From Neophaeotheca triangularis (Eukaryota): a stretch of DNA of 34,005 nt. The notes beneath the pieces were generated by a model. The model had not been told where the DNA came from. It saw only the letters and a list, made by a program, of their open reading frames with translations, and ran no database searches. Of this stretch, positions 11,190 to 23,361 are shown one piece after another. The stretch is from the NCBI GenBank assembly GCA_054600435.1, contig BAAIJX010000067.1:62001-96005 (forward strand), written 5' to 3'. The translations under genes were made by a program, and so were the position numbers. The first letter of the stretch is position 1. Each line of letters begins with the position of its first letter.

Positions 11190-12644
11190 GCTGACGCTCT
11201 ACCGTCGGCCTGTGATGAGTATACACAAGAGGTGTGGGAGTCGGTTGGATTCGAAAAGGGCGAACAAAGGAAAAAGAGGTGGACCAGGGGAGGAGTCCTC
11301 CACATAAGGCCTGGGCAGTGGGAGCCTGGGAGGCGCCACTATTGAAACAATCTCCACTCATCTGCACATTTACACAGCGAACATGCCGTTGGAAAGTCGT
11401 GCCCCCTATCTCAGACAAGCACGTGGCCAACAAGGTAAGCAGTCCATGTATGGAACAACTGAAGGGCCCACGCAGGGATTGGAAAAACCCTAATCGAATT
11501 GACTAAAGCTATGGCTGGACTTTGCGGCCTGTAATTGGGCTTCCTTATAGACTATGGGTCGCAAGACTATTGAGTTCTCGAAAACCTTGCGCCCGATTGG
11601 CATTTAGGTCTATCAGCATGATTCCAAACTGCCGTGGTAGGAGGAAGTTGGCGGACCGAGCCATGAAAAGTTGAAGAACCGTTGCTCTAAGAGGCAAAGC
11701 AGGGTTGCTATCTCGCTGCAATTCCTTAGCCAGGTATCTGGGCCGTGTCTAGATCAGTTACACGCTTGGAAGTAGATCCCGCCCCAGTATCCAGCTCCGC
11801 ACGAGCACGAGAGCCCGGTTATGGAGACGAGCGTCGATCGAATTTGGACGAGAACGACTGTGAATGTATTGCTTGTTGTTTTGGCTGTGCCATTAGCAAT
11901 GATGGTCAATCCCACACGAGAGAGTTTCAATGCGAAACCGCAGAGTCTTTGATGCCGGAGTCGTCTAGCATCCGCAAAGCACGACTCGCACGAGTAGAGA
12001 CTAACGTTTGGTCAGCCAAGCACGCGGAAGGAAGAAGAAAAAAAAAAGAAAAAAAGGGCGTCTCGACTGCGGTTGCCTTCCAGGGTTCTGCCGTGGTCTG
12101 CCGATTCATGTCCAGGTCGAGGTCGGAGATCAGCACTGCGGCGGCGTCGTAAGCAATAACATGGACTGAATGTTCGCACAAGAAGGCGAAGAGGTCGATC
12201 TAGACGGAGCGCGGAACATCAATACCAACCAACGTCCTCTTCAACGGTTGGTTTGGTTTGAACGAGATTGAGTCTTTGCCTCTAGAGTGCGGCACGTGGG
12301 ATATTCCACGAACCACGGGCGCCTCGCGAACCTAATTCCAAGCATGTAAAATACTCCGAAGCAGAGTGTGGGGAAATTGCTGTGGTACTCTCATCTCCAT
12401 CTCTGTTGCTACCTAGGTAACTAACAACAAAGTATCTACTGTTGCCAGTGCTGTATCTGGCTCTTCTGGCTCAGAGCTATGCAAGTATTAATACCATTAT
12501 GCCAGCATAGCTCTTCCAAGAGAACAGAGTTGCGCGGCGCGGGCATCAGCCAGTCGCAGGCGAGTTTGGGACGCACACAGTGCAACATGCTAATCCAGGT
12601 TCCCGGGATTTACATGCCTCGCTGCCAATATACACCTGGGCACG

Positions 12645-14060
12645 TCAAACAACCCTCGCCATAGTCGCGCTTAGCCTGATTCGGGCAAGAACGACGAACA
12701 CGGTGCCGCCCAATATCATAGCAGCGGAGTAACACGACAGAGCCATGTAGCCGTGCTTGACCAACTCGCCAGAGATTGGAGGGCCGAAGAGTCCACTGCA
12801 ACGCCAACGTCAGCTTTTTGACACTCACCTAAAGCGAGATTGCGTGTTTGCAACTTACGTCAAGCTCACGGATCCCAATATAGCGCCGATAGCAGCACCC
12901 GCATTCTCGGGCAGCGTGAGCGAGGTCGCACATGCAATTTGCAAGCTCATGATTGAGCCCGAGACAAAGCCATACGCCGCGCCCCAGACCGCCACCCCGG
13001 CAACGCCGTCAGCAGTCGTCCAGCAAAACGCCACAAGAGCGCTGAGGACTCCGGCGACGACGAGCGTGTTGAAGCGACCCCAGCGGTCGGCTAAAAACCC
13101 CGGCACGATGCGACCAAAGGTAGAAGCACCGTTAATTATTGCTGGCATGTAAAAGGCAAGCTCGGGCGAGATGCCGAGACCGATGGAGTAAGTCGTGATG
13201 TAGAAGTACGGGGAGAAGAAACCAAAGTAAATCAGAGCCAGGCCAGCACAAAGGAACATGAATGGTGCCGACTTGATTCCTGAAAGATTTCTCTTTTTGG
13301 GACTGGCGGCGTCCGTCGTCCGGTCCACGTTGTCCGGAGTCTCCGGCTTCGCCTTGCTAGGCGGTCGAACTGTCAAGAGAGCAAAAAGTTGCAGCGGAAT
13401 CATGATGAATCCGACGATCCGTATGCACCACGCGAAGCTGAGCCCGTGGCGGTTGAAAAGCTGATTCAATACAATCGGCCACATCACACCTCCGATCGAT
13501 GATCCTGTAATGGAAACCCCGGTCGCGGCTGCTCTGTATTTGTTGAAGTACCTAGGCACTATGCCAGACGAAGGAACGGCCATCAAGGACATGCCGAATC
13601 CAAGGAGAAGGCCTTGTGCAAGAAAGAACTGATAATAATCCGTGCAAAGCGAGAGCGTGAAGATAGCAACTAACATGCAGAATGCTCCTATCGCCATTGG
13701 GAGTCTGGGTCCGTACTTGTCTGCGGTCTTGCGAGATCACATTAGTGGAGAACGTATATCTACCGGGGAGAGAGCAATACTCACGAATCCGGCGATCGGG
13801 GCGCAACCAAAAGCCATAAAGATGGCGAAGGAGCCTATCCAGGATATGTCAAAGGCTGATTTGTCGGGCATCAACTCTGTATAGAGTTGCTGAAAGACTC
13901 CAAAGGCATTCAAGAGCCCAACGGTAGTGAGGTACACAATCGTTGCTCCGGCTGTTGCAAGTCCAGACCGTAGTGTCAACTCCGGAGCGGTTGTGTCTTG
14001 CTGGCCATCCTCGAAGGGGGGTGTGCTTTCAGTCTTGGTCTGCTCATCACCGGGCTTCAT
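12645..14060 (-). CDS. MFS transporter, monocarboxylate-permease (MCH)-like; exons 14060-13785, 13727-12859, 12795-12645
   Basis: [72 protein letters not shown]; two GT..AG introns join the pieces in frame. Confidence 0.92.
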
Positions 14061-14633
14061 CTTTGAAACGGCAGTGTCTCTTGAAAAGTTAGTATCTCGG
14101 GTTTTGTACAAGACCGAGAGAGGTGCCTGTCTTTCAAATAGGCGAGCGAAAGCACTCTGAGATAGATATTCCCGGACAGTCCACGGAGCACCCGCGGAGT
14201 GTCCACGGAGGCTCCGCGTTCGCAACAGCTTTCGCTTGATAGTCAACACAGCCAGTGCGCATGCGGATTCATATGCTTTGCATTGGCACCCCCAACGATA
14301 TGTTGACGTTGATTCGTTCGTTACCCGATGCTTCACACGGTCCAACCTGTTGCACAAGATTCTGTCGCCAATGGACACCGCCTCGGCCGAATCCGATCAT
14401 CACCAGCAGATTTCTCAGGCCTCCAGCGTACCGCGGCAATCCACGATGAACCATGCGATCCATTCAATCGTGGGAGATGTTGCCAGCGAACATGTGAAGA
14501 TTTCATACCCCTGTCTTACTCTTCTATGGACAAGGCCTCAGTTTCCTCGCGCTTGTTATTGAGATCTAGAGACGGACCAGTACAGCAAGGCTGCAACTAC
14601 CAGAGTCTCCGATATCCGACCAAGGGCAAGATC

Positions 14634-16754
14634 TCATTGGTAGGCTTGATTGTCAAGATCTCGAAACAGCGCATCCCAGTCCTGTACCTCCGTAGTCGTA
14701 CTTAAATCGAGGTAATCTTCAAAGAGATTCGGGTATTGTCCAGAAAACAGTCCGTCAGTGGCTGTCTCTCCGGCCGCATAAGCTTGATTGGTCAATGCTA
14801 TTCCTTCGGACGCATTCGTTGACGCCGCAGCACGGGACTGCTCAAACGACGTTTCCGATCCCTGGAGCTTGACCTTGTGCTTCTTTAGAACAATTGTCAG
14901 CGACTCCAAGTACATTCCAGCATGCAAGGAACCTTTCCCGGCCTCGACGAGCATCTCACAGGCCGAGTGGACCTCGGACTTCCGCTCCTCGTCGCCGTCT
15001 TTGTCTCCGTGAACGCACATATCTAGCACTAGCACGATGACAGCGCAAAAAAGATGGTGTAGAACGCACACAAGCTTGAGCGGATTGGAGCGTTGGGGTC
15101 CCAAGTCATTTGTTACTCTGGCCCTGAGGCTCAGGACCTTCCGTGCAGATTCCAAGCAGACAGTTCGTGAGAAGGCGAATCTAGGGTCTTGACTTGCGCG
15201 GATTAGAAAAGGAAGGTGAAGCCTGCAGCGCCTTGTGAGGATGGTAAGGTTTGTAAAATACCGCTGAGAGTCGATGATTTGGTCGCCGGTGACAAGCTGA
15301 GAGTCGGAGCAACTTCTATTCCCATTAAGCGTGAGAGAGCCAGGTAGAGTTTCCAAAAGCTGTGAGAACTTCCCGTCGAGCTCTGTTACGCGATCGTAAG
15401 GCATCTGGCTGATGTCGTCGCAGGCGAAGTAGTCCCATGTGGCGTCGGCAGCCTCGCGGCAGAGTTCTCCGAGCCGAACGCGGGAAAGATAGTAGGACAT
15501 TACGGTAGGCTCTGAGAGCGGACGGTCGAATTCTGCACCTCTCGTCATGAGGTCCTCGTCTGAAACGTTTCTCGGCATGTTGACTCGGATGTGGCGACGC
15601 TGCACGGAGTATGTACATTCCTGCGGGCCGGGGACAAGAGCCAAACTCCAATCCGTAGCTGCTAAATGCCACCAAACCCTCCTCTTCACCTCGGTCTCTA
15701 CCATCTGATCCCGTGTTTGTGGCTGAGAACAAGGCAGAGGTACAGAATCTGTTATGTGGAGGCCCATATGCCGCGCATTAGTGAGGGCTGTTGCGTGCAA
15801 GTAAAATGCCTTCGGAGAGAAGCCCTCTATGTGGAAAATCAGAAACATGACGATAATGGTCCCTTGTATTATCTCCAGAGAGGGTGAGGTCGTGCGCTGC
15901 GAATGCGTGTGGACATCGAGTGCACATCGAAGCCAATACATTCCAATGGCAGTTGCTTCGTCGGAAGAGCCTAAGATCGACGGTAATTCGTATGTGCTGA
16001 AACTTTTGTAGACAGCAGTGGTGGCAAGGATGCTGAAGAGAAGCATGAGCTGATTGACATTCGTAGGCTCATTGTTCCTTAGCCGCTCAAAAATATCGGC
16101 AATCTTAACATGGATGCTCGGTACATGCACAATGTGCTGCAGTGTGTCGACAGTCTCACTGTAGCTGGCAAAAAGATGCAGTGCTTCCGTCTCCGTAGGC
16201 AGGATGAGCTGCCCGTAAGACAAAGTGCCGCAGGCCACCATGGCGTGAAGATTGGCTAGATGTTCTGTGCCAACTCGAAGCCCATATGACATGTTGGGCA
16301 TCCGTGTATTCTCCCGAGTACCAACGCCTTCCAAGAATTGTAGATCGCCAGTGAAAGTCTTCACGACCTCTGATTCTGGAGCGGGAAGACGAGCGTTAGG
16401 TTTGCTGGTTGTGATTGGACCATTCAACTGCTCTGGAGAGTCGGTGAAGCTAGACTTGCCGCTGCGGTTGTTGTTGAATACTGCGTTCTCCAGCCGCCTT
16501 AGACGTGCACGGATGGCTGCGTTGTCCGCATCGAGATCGGATGATGGACCTTGCATCCGCGGTGTCGATCCATTATTCGTCGCAGGGTAAAGGGTCGATA
16601 CAGTATGGCCTCGATGTCCTTGAAAGAGACAAGATACACCACGGGACCTACAGTTAGAGCATGGCTCGGTTCGATCGCATTTCAACTTCTTCTTGCGGCA
16701 TGAATCGCAAGACACAGGCTCCTGACGTGGACGACTTGTTCTCTGCGGAGGCAT
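14634..16754 (-). CDS. Zn(II)2Cys6 transcription factor with fungal middle-homology domain
   Basis: CDSCRKKKLKCDRTEPCSNCRSRGVSC cluster; ARHMGLH...EVKRRVWWHLAATDW middle-homology motif; ATG at 16754. Confidence 0.95.
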   Translation of the reverse strand: MPPQRTSRPRQEPVSCDSCRKKKLKCDRTEPCSNCRSRGVSCLFQGHRGHTVSTLYPATNNGSTPRMQGPSSDLDADNAAIRARLRRLENAVFNNNRSGKSSFTDSPEQLNGPITTSKPNARLPAPESEVVKTFTGDLQFLEGVGTRENTRMPNMSYGLRVGTEHLANLHAMVACGTLSYGQLILPTETEALHLFASYSETVDTLQHIVHVPSIHVKIADIFERLRNNEPTNVNQLMLLFSILATTAVYKSFSTYELPSILGSSDEATAIGMYWLRCALDVHTHSQRTTSPSLEIIQGTIIVMFLIFHIEGFSPKAFYLHATALTNARHMGLHITDSVPLPCSQPQTRDQMVETEVKRRVWWHLAATDWSLALVPGPQECTYSVQRRHIRVNMPRNVSDEDLMTRGAEFDRPLSEPTVMSYYLSRVRLGELCREAADATWDYFACDDISQMPYDRVTELDGKFSQLLETLPGSLTLNGNRSCSDSQLVTGDQIIDSQRYFTNLTILTRRCRLHLPFLIRASQDPRFAFSRTVCLESARKVLSLRARVTNDLGPQRSNPLKLVCVLHHLFCAVIVLVLDMCVHGDKDGDEERKSEVHSACEMLVEAGKGSLHAGMYLESLTIVLKKHKVKLQGSETSFEQSRAAASTNASEGIALTNQAYAAGETATDGLFSGQYPNLFEDYLDLSTTTEVQDWDALFRDLDNQAYQ

Positions 16755-17760
16755 GGTGATCAACACCGTTCGCGGATTTGATGACCCCCACAGCGCTCCA
16801 TGTTGTGACTATCGGGCGAGCACAAGCAATTGGCGATGTGGGATAGGGGGTAGTGAGGTTCAGTCAGTAGAAGTTCGACGGGCCCAAGCTCTGGCCGCTA
16901 GGCTGCATTTGGTATATACACATACGGACACTGAGGTGCTTTCTCACTTCACAACCTCTTTCCTCAAAGCATCCTATCCCTTAGAAGAACCCGTAAACTC
17001 CACCTAAAGAACGGAGTAAAGGCTGCTCGAGACATGCTATCGTTACGATAGAAGAGCGGCGATGATCAAAGACTACGGCAAGGAGCTTTGCTCTGTCCCA
17101 GAACTTGCGAACACGGCGAACACGGCGTCTGCGGCGGGAATACCGGTATTTATATACGCTTCTCGGATCCACTGAAATTGAATAGAAGGCCTAGCAAATA
17201 GCTTAGGTCTAAAGGTATCATGGCGGCAACTCAACGTCGATGTTGCGTCTTCCAACGTCTTGGATTGAGGTTATGTATGAATCGCAGGACCTGCGATGCA
17301 CATATTACAGAGTGGGTGTCACTGCGCAAATCCTGAAAGGCGATAGAGTACTCTGCTTGTAACCGGGCTCGGTGCGGCGAGGTTGGCGGGCTGGAGAGAC
17401 CGTTATCGACAGTCTTTGTCTTTACCCCAAGCGATGCATCCAGACCTCCCGTCGTTCGTCGAGTATCAACATGGGCTGTGCAATTTGCGCACATGGGGTT
17501 AAAACCAGTGCTGCGTCCTCTAAAGCCCAGCGTTCGTGCCTTCCCTGGGACGCACAGCTCTCGGCCGAATGCATCGCGGTTTGCGTTCAAGTGAGCGACA
17601 TGCTTGTTGTGGCCCAGCAGACACGGGAAGCCGTCATTCCAATCTCGCTAGTCGCGAGCTGATCTGGGTGTCCATCTTGCAGACAAGGAGGAGTCATGTC
17701 CCCATGGCGTTATCGAGCCAATCTGTGTGCCGGGCTGCGGGCAAGTCTCCCTTCTGACCT

Positions 17761-18884
17761 TCAGTCATCTCCAACCTCGGCAACAGCAAAGTACCCCTTG
17801 TTTTCCACGACACCACGATTCTTCACAACAGCTGTGTACTTAACGACCCAAAGAGGTCTGACCTCGCCCTTCAAGCTCTCACCTTTCTGCGCGCGTTCAA
17901 GCCCTTTCCCACTCGCATCATCCAAATGCAGACTCTTCCTCTTCTCTCCAGTTTTGCTACCCTCGGCCAAGACACCCGCGCCACCAGGACCAAGCAGCTC
18001 CCTAACCGTCCCTCGCGGTAGAATGTTACTGCAGTCGTTATGCACCAATAGCTCAACGCCTTCCTTCTTCGCCAGCGCCATCAGAGGCCTGGGAACACTA
18101 CAGCAATCACGCAAGTTGATTTGATCGACACTCGGCCTAACGCGAACGCTTTCGACAAACTCCGCCAGCCTATCGTGACCAAACTCAGCCAAACCAAGTT
18201 TCTTGACCACGCCCTCGTCGTGCAAAGCCTCCAATGTCCGCCACGTCGCGAGCTGCGAGGCCAGCTCTTCCGGCTGCGCTTCTACGGGCCCACGGGTGCT
18301 GATCTTGTCCGGGCAGTCTTCCTCCTCGTCGAAGTAGATGCCGGGGAAGGAGACGATGAGTAAGTCGATGCTGGGCATGTGCAGCTCGCGAAGGACGAGG
18401 TCGACGGCCGAGCGGGTTTGCGCCGCGCGAGTTTCAATCGTTTCGTCGGAGGCCGCAGGGGAGGTGGATGGCAAGTAGAACAGTTTGAGCGTGATGTCGT
18501 ATTGTTCGCGCTCTTCTTGTAGGGCTGTGTTGCTAAAGTCCAAGGCAGGGATTTCGAGGGTGCTTTCTGCAGGGGGCGTGGTCGGTCTCGTCCAGGTGTT
18601 GTAAGGGAGTCTTGGGGTCTCGGATGGGGTTGAAGTTCCATTGCTGTTGTTGCCGCTGTTATTGTGGTTGTTTTCCTTCGCTTCGCGGTAGCCATTGGTC
18701 GGAGGGGGGGTGGAGTGCGACTCAAAGTTGTTGCGGAGGGACGAGATCAGCTCGGTGTTGGACTTGGATTTTGATGGGCGGTGAATGGAAGAGCCGCCGC
18801 CCATAATATTGCTGTGGCCATTGTTAGTTATGATCGGAGTGCGGTCTAGCTAGAGTCGTACGAAGTAGAGAGTACGAGCTTCAT
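17761..18884 (-). CDS. Glutamate-cysteine ligase (gamma-glutamylcysteine synthetase) regulatory/modifier subunit; exons 18884-18862, 18811-17761
   Basis: Spliced start MKLVLSTSNIMGGG; EEREQYDITLKLFYLP, IDLLIVSFPG, LGLAEF, PSVDQIN..DCCSVP, LLVHNDC, WVVKYTAVVKNRGVVENKGY match the aldo-keto-reductase-fold GCLM family. Confidence 0.9.
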
Positions 18885-19195
18885 GGCTGCCACGTGAAAA
18901 GCTGAGATTGCGCCTCGACTTGGTATGGGTCGCGCCAGTGGTATGTTGGGTAGCACCGGTGTACTGTCGTTGTTTCTGGACCCGTGGTTTTACATACAAT
19001 TGAACCAAGCAAAATAGAGAAAGGTGTGAGGCGCAAAGTAAGGTAAGGTGATCTAGGAGGAATTATTGATTATGCCATCATCCATTGTTACCGTTGTTTT
19101 CCGCGCACTTGCACTATTACGCGCACCGCACCGGCCTTCCGCTATCGGCATTGGTAAGCGGGCATTATTGCGGGACAGGTTCAAGCTAGGCTATC

Positions 19196-19220
19196 CATTT
19201 GATTAAGCCTTAATCAAATG
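19196..19220. promoter_or_regulatory. Perfect 25-bp palindrome in the divergent GCLM/APS1 promoter
   Basis: CATTTGATTAAG-C-CTTAATCAAATG with exact 12-bp arms; regulatory role is inferred from position only. Confidence 0.5.
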
Positions 19221-19401
19221 CCTCAATGAAAAGCGACCCGGCCGGGTAAGGGAAGGTGTGGGCCGCAGCTGCGGGAATTTGCACACAGCAACAGCAACAG
19301 CAACAGCAACACCTTCGACTTCACCTCACCCTATACCTCCACCGACCAATTCCATCGACAAGTGGTCGCAGGCAACCATCTGGCCGGTTCTACTACTCAG
19401 C

Positions 19402-20153
19402 ATGGCAATCAAGTAAGGCATCCATCCCTCGAGTTCACTCGGTGCATCAGGCTGACAGGCCCCCTTAGATACCTGATCCTCCTGTCCCGCCAGGGTAAAG
19501 TGGTACGAACCATCCTCCGCATCCCCCACCCGCAGCACGACCGACTAACATGTCAAACCTCGACTCCAGCGCCTAGCAAAATGGTTCACCACGCTCTCTC
19601 CCAAAGACAAAGCCAAAATCATCAAAGACGTCTCGCAGCTCGTGCTCGCCCGCCGCACCCGCATGTGCAATTTCCTCGAGTACAAAGACACCAAAATCGT
19701 CTACCGCCGCTACGCCAGCCTCTTTTTCATAGCAGGAACCGACAACACGGACAACGAGCTCATCACCCTCGAGATCGTGCACCGCTACGTCGAGCAGATG
19801 GACAAGTACTATGGCAATGTCTGCGAGCTAGACATCATCTTCAACTTTCAGAAGGCGTACTTCATTCTTGATGAGTTGCTGTTGGCTGGAGAGCTGCAAG
19901 AAAGCTCAAAGAAGAATGTGCTCAGGGTGATAGGAGCGCAGGATGGGTTGGAGGAGATGGAGGTGAGTTGAAGAAATCGTTCCCTTAACCCCGCGCACCC
20001 CCGGTTCCGGATAGCAGTAGCGATATCTGGTGGGTGGACCTAGGTATGATTGGGCGAATGGCTGGTGTTACCTTCTATTGCTTCCGTGAGTCAGAAGCTG
20101 ATACCCTCTTGCTCTCGCAGACCGAAGACGACGCCATCACCAGGATCGGCTGA
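19402..20153 (+). CDS. APS1: AP-1 clathrin adaptor complex sigma subunit; exons 19402-19412, 19469-19502, 19570-19962, 20121-20153
   Basis: Spliced [21 protein letters not shown]...[22 protein letters not shown]...[41 protein letters not shown]...[10 protein letters not shown]. Confidence 0.95.
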
Positions 20154-22180
20154 GCTTCTCCTTTTCCTTTTCCTATCTCCAACACACGCCATTTGCTGCT
20201 ACAGCACGACGCGAAAGTTTCCGCTAACGCAGGCCCCTTTGCGTCCCAAGGACGCCCAGGCATTGGAAGACCGGCTCCGCAAGGGAGGCGTGCTCTGAAT
20301 ACGACAGACCCGGAGTAGGAAGGCGAGAGAAGCGGGCCGTGAGCCAGCGCTCACACATTAGTTCGAAGGCCCTGACTCTCTCTCGCAACGATCACGGGTC
20401 GGGTGGACGAAACGGCGTACAAGGCAAAGAAAAGGCGTTATCATTTCAGAAACGGGCGAAAGAGCGAAAAGATACCCCCCAAGTCACCACAGTTTGCTTT
20501 TTGCTTTCGATGCATTCGATGCATTCGAAGGAACCCGATGATGTATGCTAGGAGTGCCCTCGCCTCTAGGCAGGGTCGAAGGTGTTCGCACCTATCGCTC
20601 TCAATGCAAACAGCTTTTGCTTCATCCATCGCCAATGGCTGGTGTTTTTCTTACTTTGACTTCCTCTTAATCTGGTCGCGAATGTCATGGTGAGGTTGTT
20701 GCTTGTTGCCGATGCGCTTGTTGCTGACTTTGCCTGATCCTCTCCGTCCTGACTTCCGCTAACGTGCAAAGTTCTTCTCGCGTTGTGCTCTGCCAGATCC
20801 GTTCTTGATCTGTTCGCTGCAGTCAAACAAATACGCAAAACGGTGCGTGATGATGCGCGCAACACATCACCGTGATCTCTGCTAAATATCTAGGTCCTCT
20901 CCAAGCCGATTTGAGCGAGCTTCTTGCGCCATGACAAGCCGATCAAACCTCTCCCAGTCTCTCAAGGGTTTGTGCTATTCGCAAGAGTTCCATCGCACGT
21001 CTGATGGGCTACCCACGCCTCCTGTGGCTTGCTTATTGAATAGGTTTGTACGATTCGTTACTCAAAGTCACCAACTGGTGGTTCTGGGGCTTCTTGGTGC
21101 AGCAGGATGCTTTACTTTCATCGTATGGGATCAATGTGCTTGGGTTATCTTTGCTAATATGCGTTCACCAATTCAGCAAAGGTGCCATTTTTGCCCATCC
21201 ATTCTCGCACTGGCTGGGGCAAGTCTGTACCGCTCGTTTCCAGATCGACGTTTACGTTACACTGCACCACATGGTCTGCCGCACGAAACCCAAGGTCATC
21301 TTCTGCGTCTCCTCGACGAAATACCTAATTCAAGAATGGTTCCACCCCCCAGGGATCTCGGCGTCGTGCGTATGGCGCTTCTCAAGTCGTTCGAGGTGTT
21401 CTCCGCGGAAGCTTCCTAACACAATTTTCTTCGATCACTGGATGGCTTACTGTCTTCCACCCAAGGCTAGGAGTACGACTCCGATGAAATCGTCGAAGTC
21501 CATAAGAGCTGGAGATGCGGAGGAACTGGCTAAGCTGTGTGCACTTCCTGGGCTCCTTGACCCTGGCTGCGACTCACTCTTATACCCGTCACGACTGATC
21601 TCGGCAGAAGTGGTCAATTTTTGTCGACAACGACAACACGACCATCAGCAGTCGTGTCCCCTGACTTGGGACACATGTAATGCGTGCTGGCGGTGATTGG
21701 CCAGAAAACGGGGCAGCGCGTTTGGTCAGCTGGGGCGGAAGGGTCCGCGTCTGGGGTCCAATCAGCTCGGACCAAGCCGACGTCAACAACAGCTCCCGCA
21801 CTTGACACCCGTACCGACACCCCTCCATGATCCATCCGCGCGCGTCGCCTTGTTTATCGACACCACCACATTATTGCCTGACATCTCATCGCGGTGCATT
21901 CCACAGCTTCAGCAGTGCTGAGAGCATCGAAGAGTCCGTTTAGCTGCCGTTTGCTACCTCTCGCTCGTCCGGCGCATCGCGGCGCGCACACCACAGAGAC
22001 GCCTACTTCTCTGGCTCCCACCTGATTACAAGTAGACGGCGCGCTCCATCAAACAAGTAACATTTACCGGGTCTGAAAACACTTGCGCAGGGCAATCTAT
22101 AAGGCCATAGTAGGCAAGTTCATGATACGAGGACGGTGCGACTGAACACACACGCCGTGCGCATCAACCATTGAGCAATC

Positions 22181-23361
22181 ATGAAGGTAAGCTGCTGCCA
22201 GGAGATACCCTCTCTCTCTCCACCTGTCTTTCGCGCCATATACACGCATTGCGCGACGAGACAATGCCATGTCAGCCCATGCTAACAAACATGTAGTCGC
22301 TTAGCTTCCCCGTCCCAAGGCAGCCGCTTCCCAGGACAACCGAATCCATGTCCGACGTCCTCAACTTCACCACCCACGATACCCACTGCGTCGGCGCGCT
22401 AGACGTGTTCTCTACAAAGGCCACAAAGGCGGAGAAGAAGGATTATAAGAAGGTCAAGGCCGTGCTCGACAAGAACTACGAGGATCTCCGCCAGGCGCAG
22501 GTCTGCAAACTGGCGTGGATGAAGGCCAAGGGCGTGGAAATCACCGAGGAAGACAGTAGAGAGCCTGAGCAAAGCAGCGTTTTCGGCAATCTCCATACGG
22601 ACAGCAAGGCTCGTCGCACCTTCTACTTCGTTACTCAAGCGCTCAACCTGGTCCATCCAGAGTACGATATCACTCAAGCATTGCAGTTGAGCGACTTCAA
22701 GCGTGTCTCCCTCAACTATATCCAGAAGAAGATGACAGATCAGCTTGGGTATCTATATCCTAGGAAGCGCAATTTCAGCAGATCCGACCGTTTCCGCCCA
22801 ACCCAAGCCAACAAAGCAGGCAACATGCCACCTTGGGACAACAAGTGCTGGGCCGCCTTTCACAAAATCATGGAGCTCCGAGCGTGCAAGATCTACGAGT
22901 ACGCTCCAGAGGAAGACCCGTACGTCGGTGATGTTGGCAGCTCGACTTACGTCCACTTTGTCTTCTTCAACACCTTCCGCAAGCGTATTTCCGTCCTGCA
23001 CTGGCGCATTGTCAGCATCATGGCCACGTCTCCCGTTCGCCATGATTCTCCGCCTAAGCGCCGCAAAGTCAGCGACTCCTTCGACGTAGCTACTGGAGCC
23101 GCCAAACGCAAAGACTACTGGTTTAGCGACCAAGCACCATCCTATGCACGGGACGGCAGCATCACAGGCATGGCCGAGTACGACGACGACGAAGAAGACA
23201 TGGAGCCTGCCACCTACTCATCCACGGACGACGGCTTCTGGGCCCTGGAAGACGCCCGCAACCGTATAGCAAATGACGAGTGGTTTGACGAGGATGAAGA
23301 CGAGGACGACAGCCAGACGCTCGGTTACGTTCACGAGATGGCGGAAGAGGCGAACTTCTAG
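22181..23361 (+). CDS. MAF1: Maf1-like RNA polymerase III repressor (divergent); exons 22181-22186, 22297-23361
   Basis: ATGAAG|GTAAGC micro-exon spliced in frame; LNF..HCVGALDVFSTK...KKDYK, SVFG..SKARRTF...LN..HPEYD, IYEYAPEEDPY, FFN..RKR and an acidic tail match the Maf1 A/B/C boxes. Confidence 0.8.

Noticed and set aside
11745..12181. 135-aa and 84-aa ORFs between the ankyrin and MFS genes
   Set aside because: They span a poly-A tract typical of promoter DNA and have no domain features.
20566..21921. Several overlapping 70-216 aa ORFs between APS1 and MAF1
   Set aside because: No recognisable domain, no coding-like bias and no convincing splice structure on either strand; a degenerate or non-coding transcript cannot be excluded.
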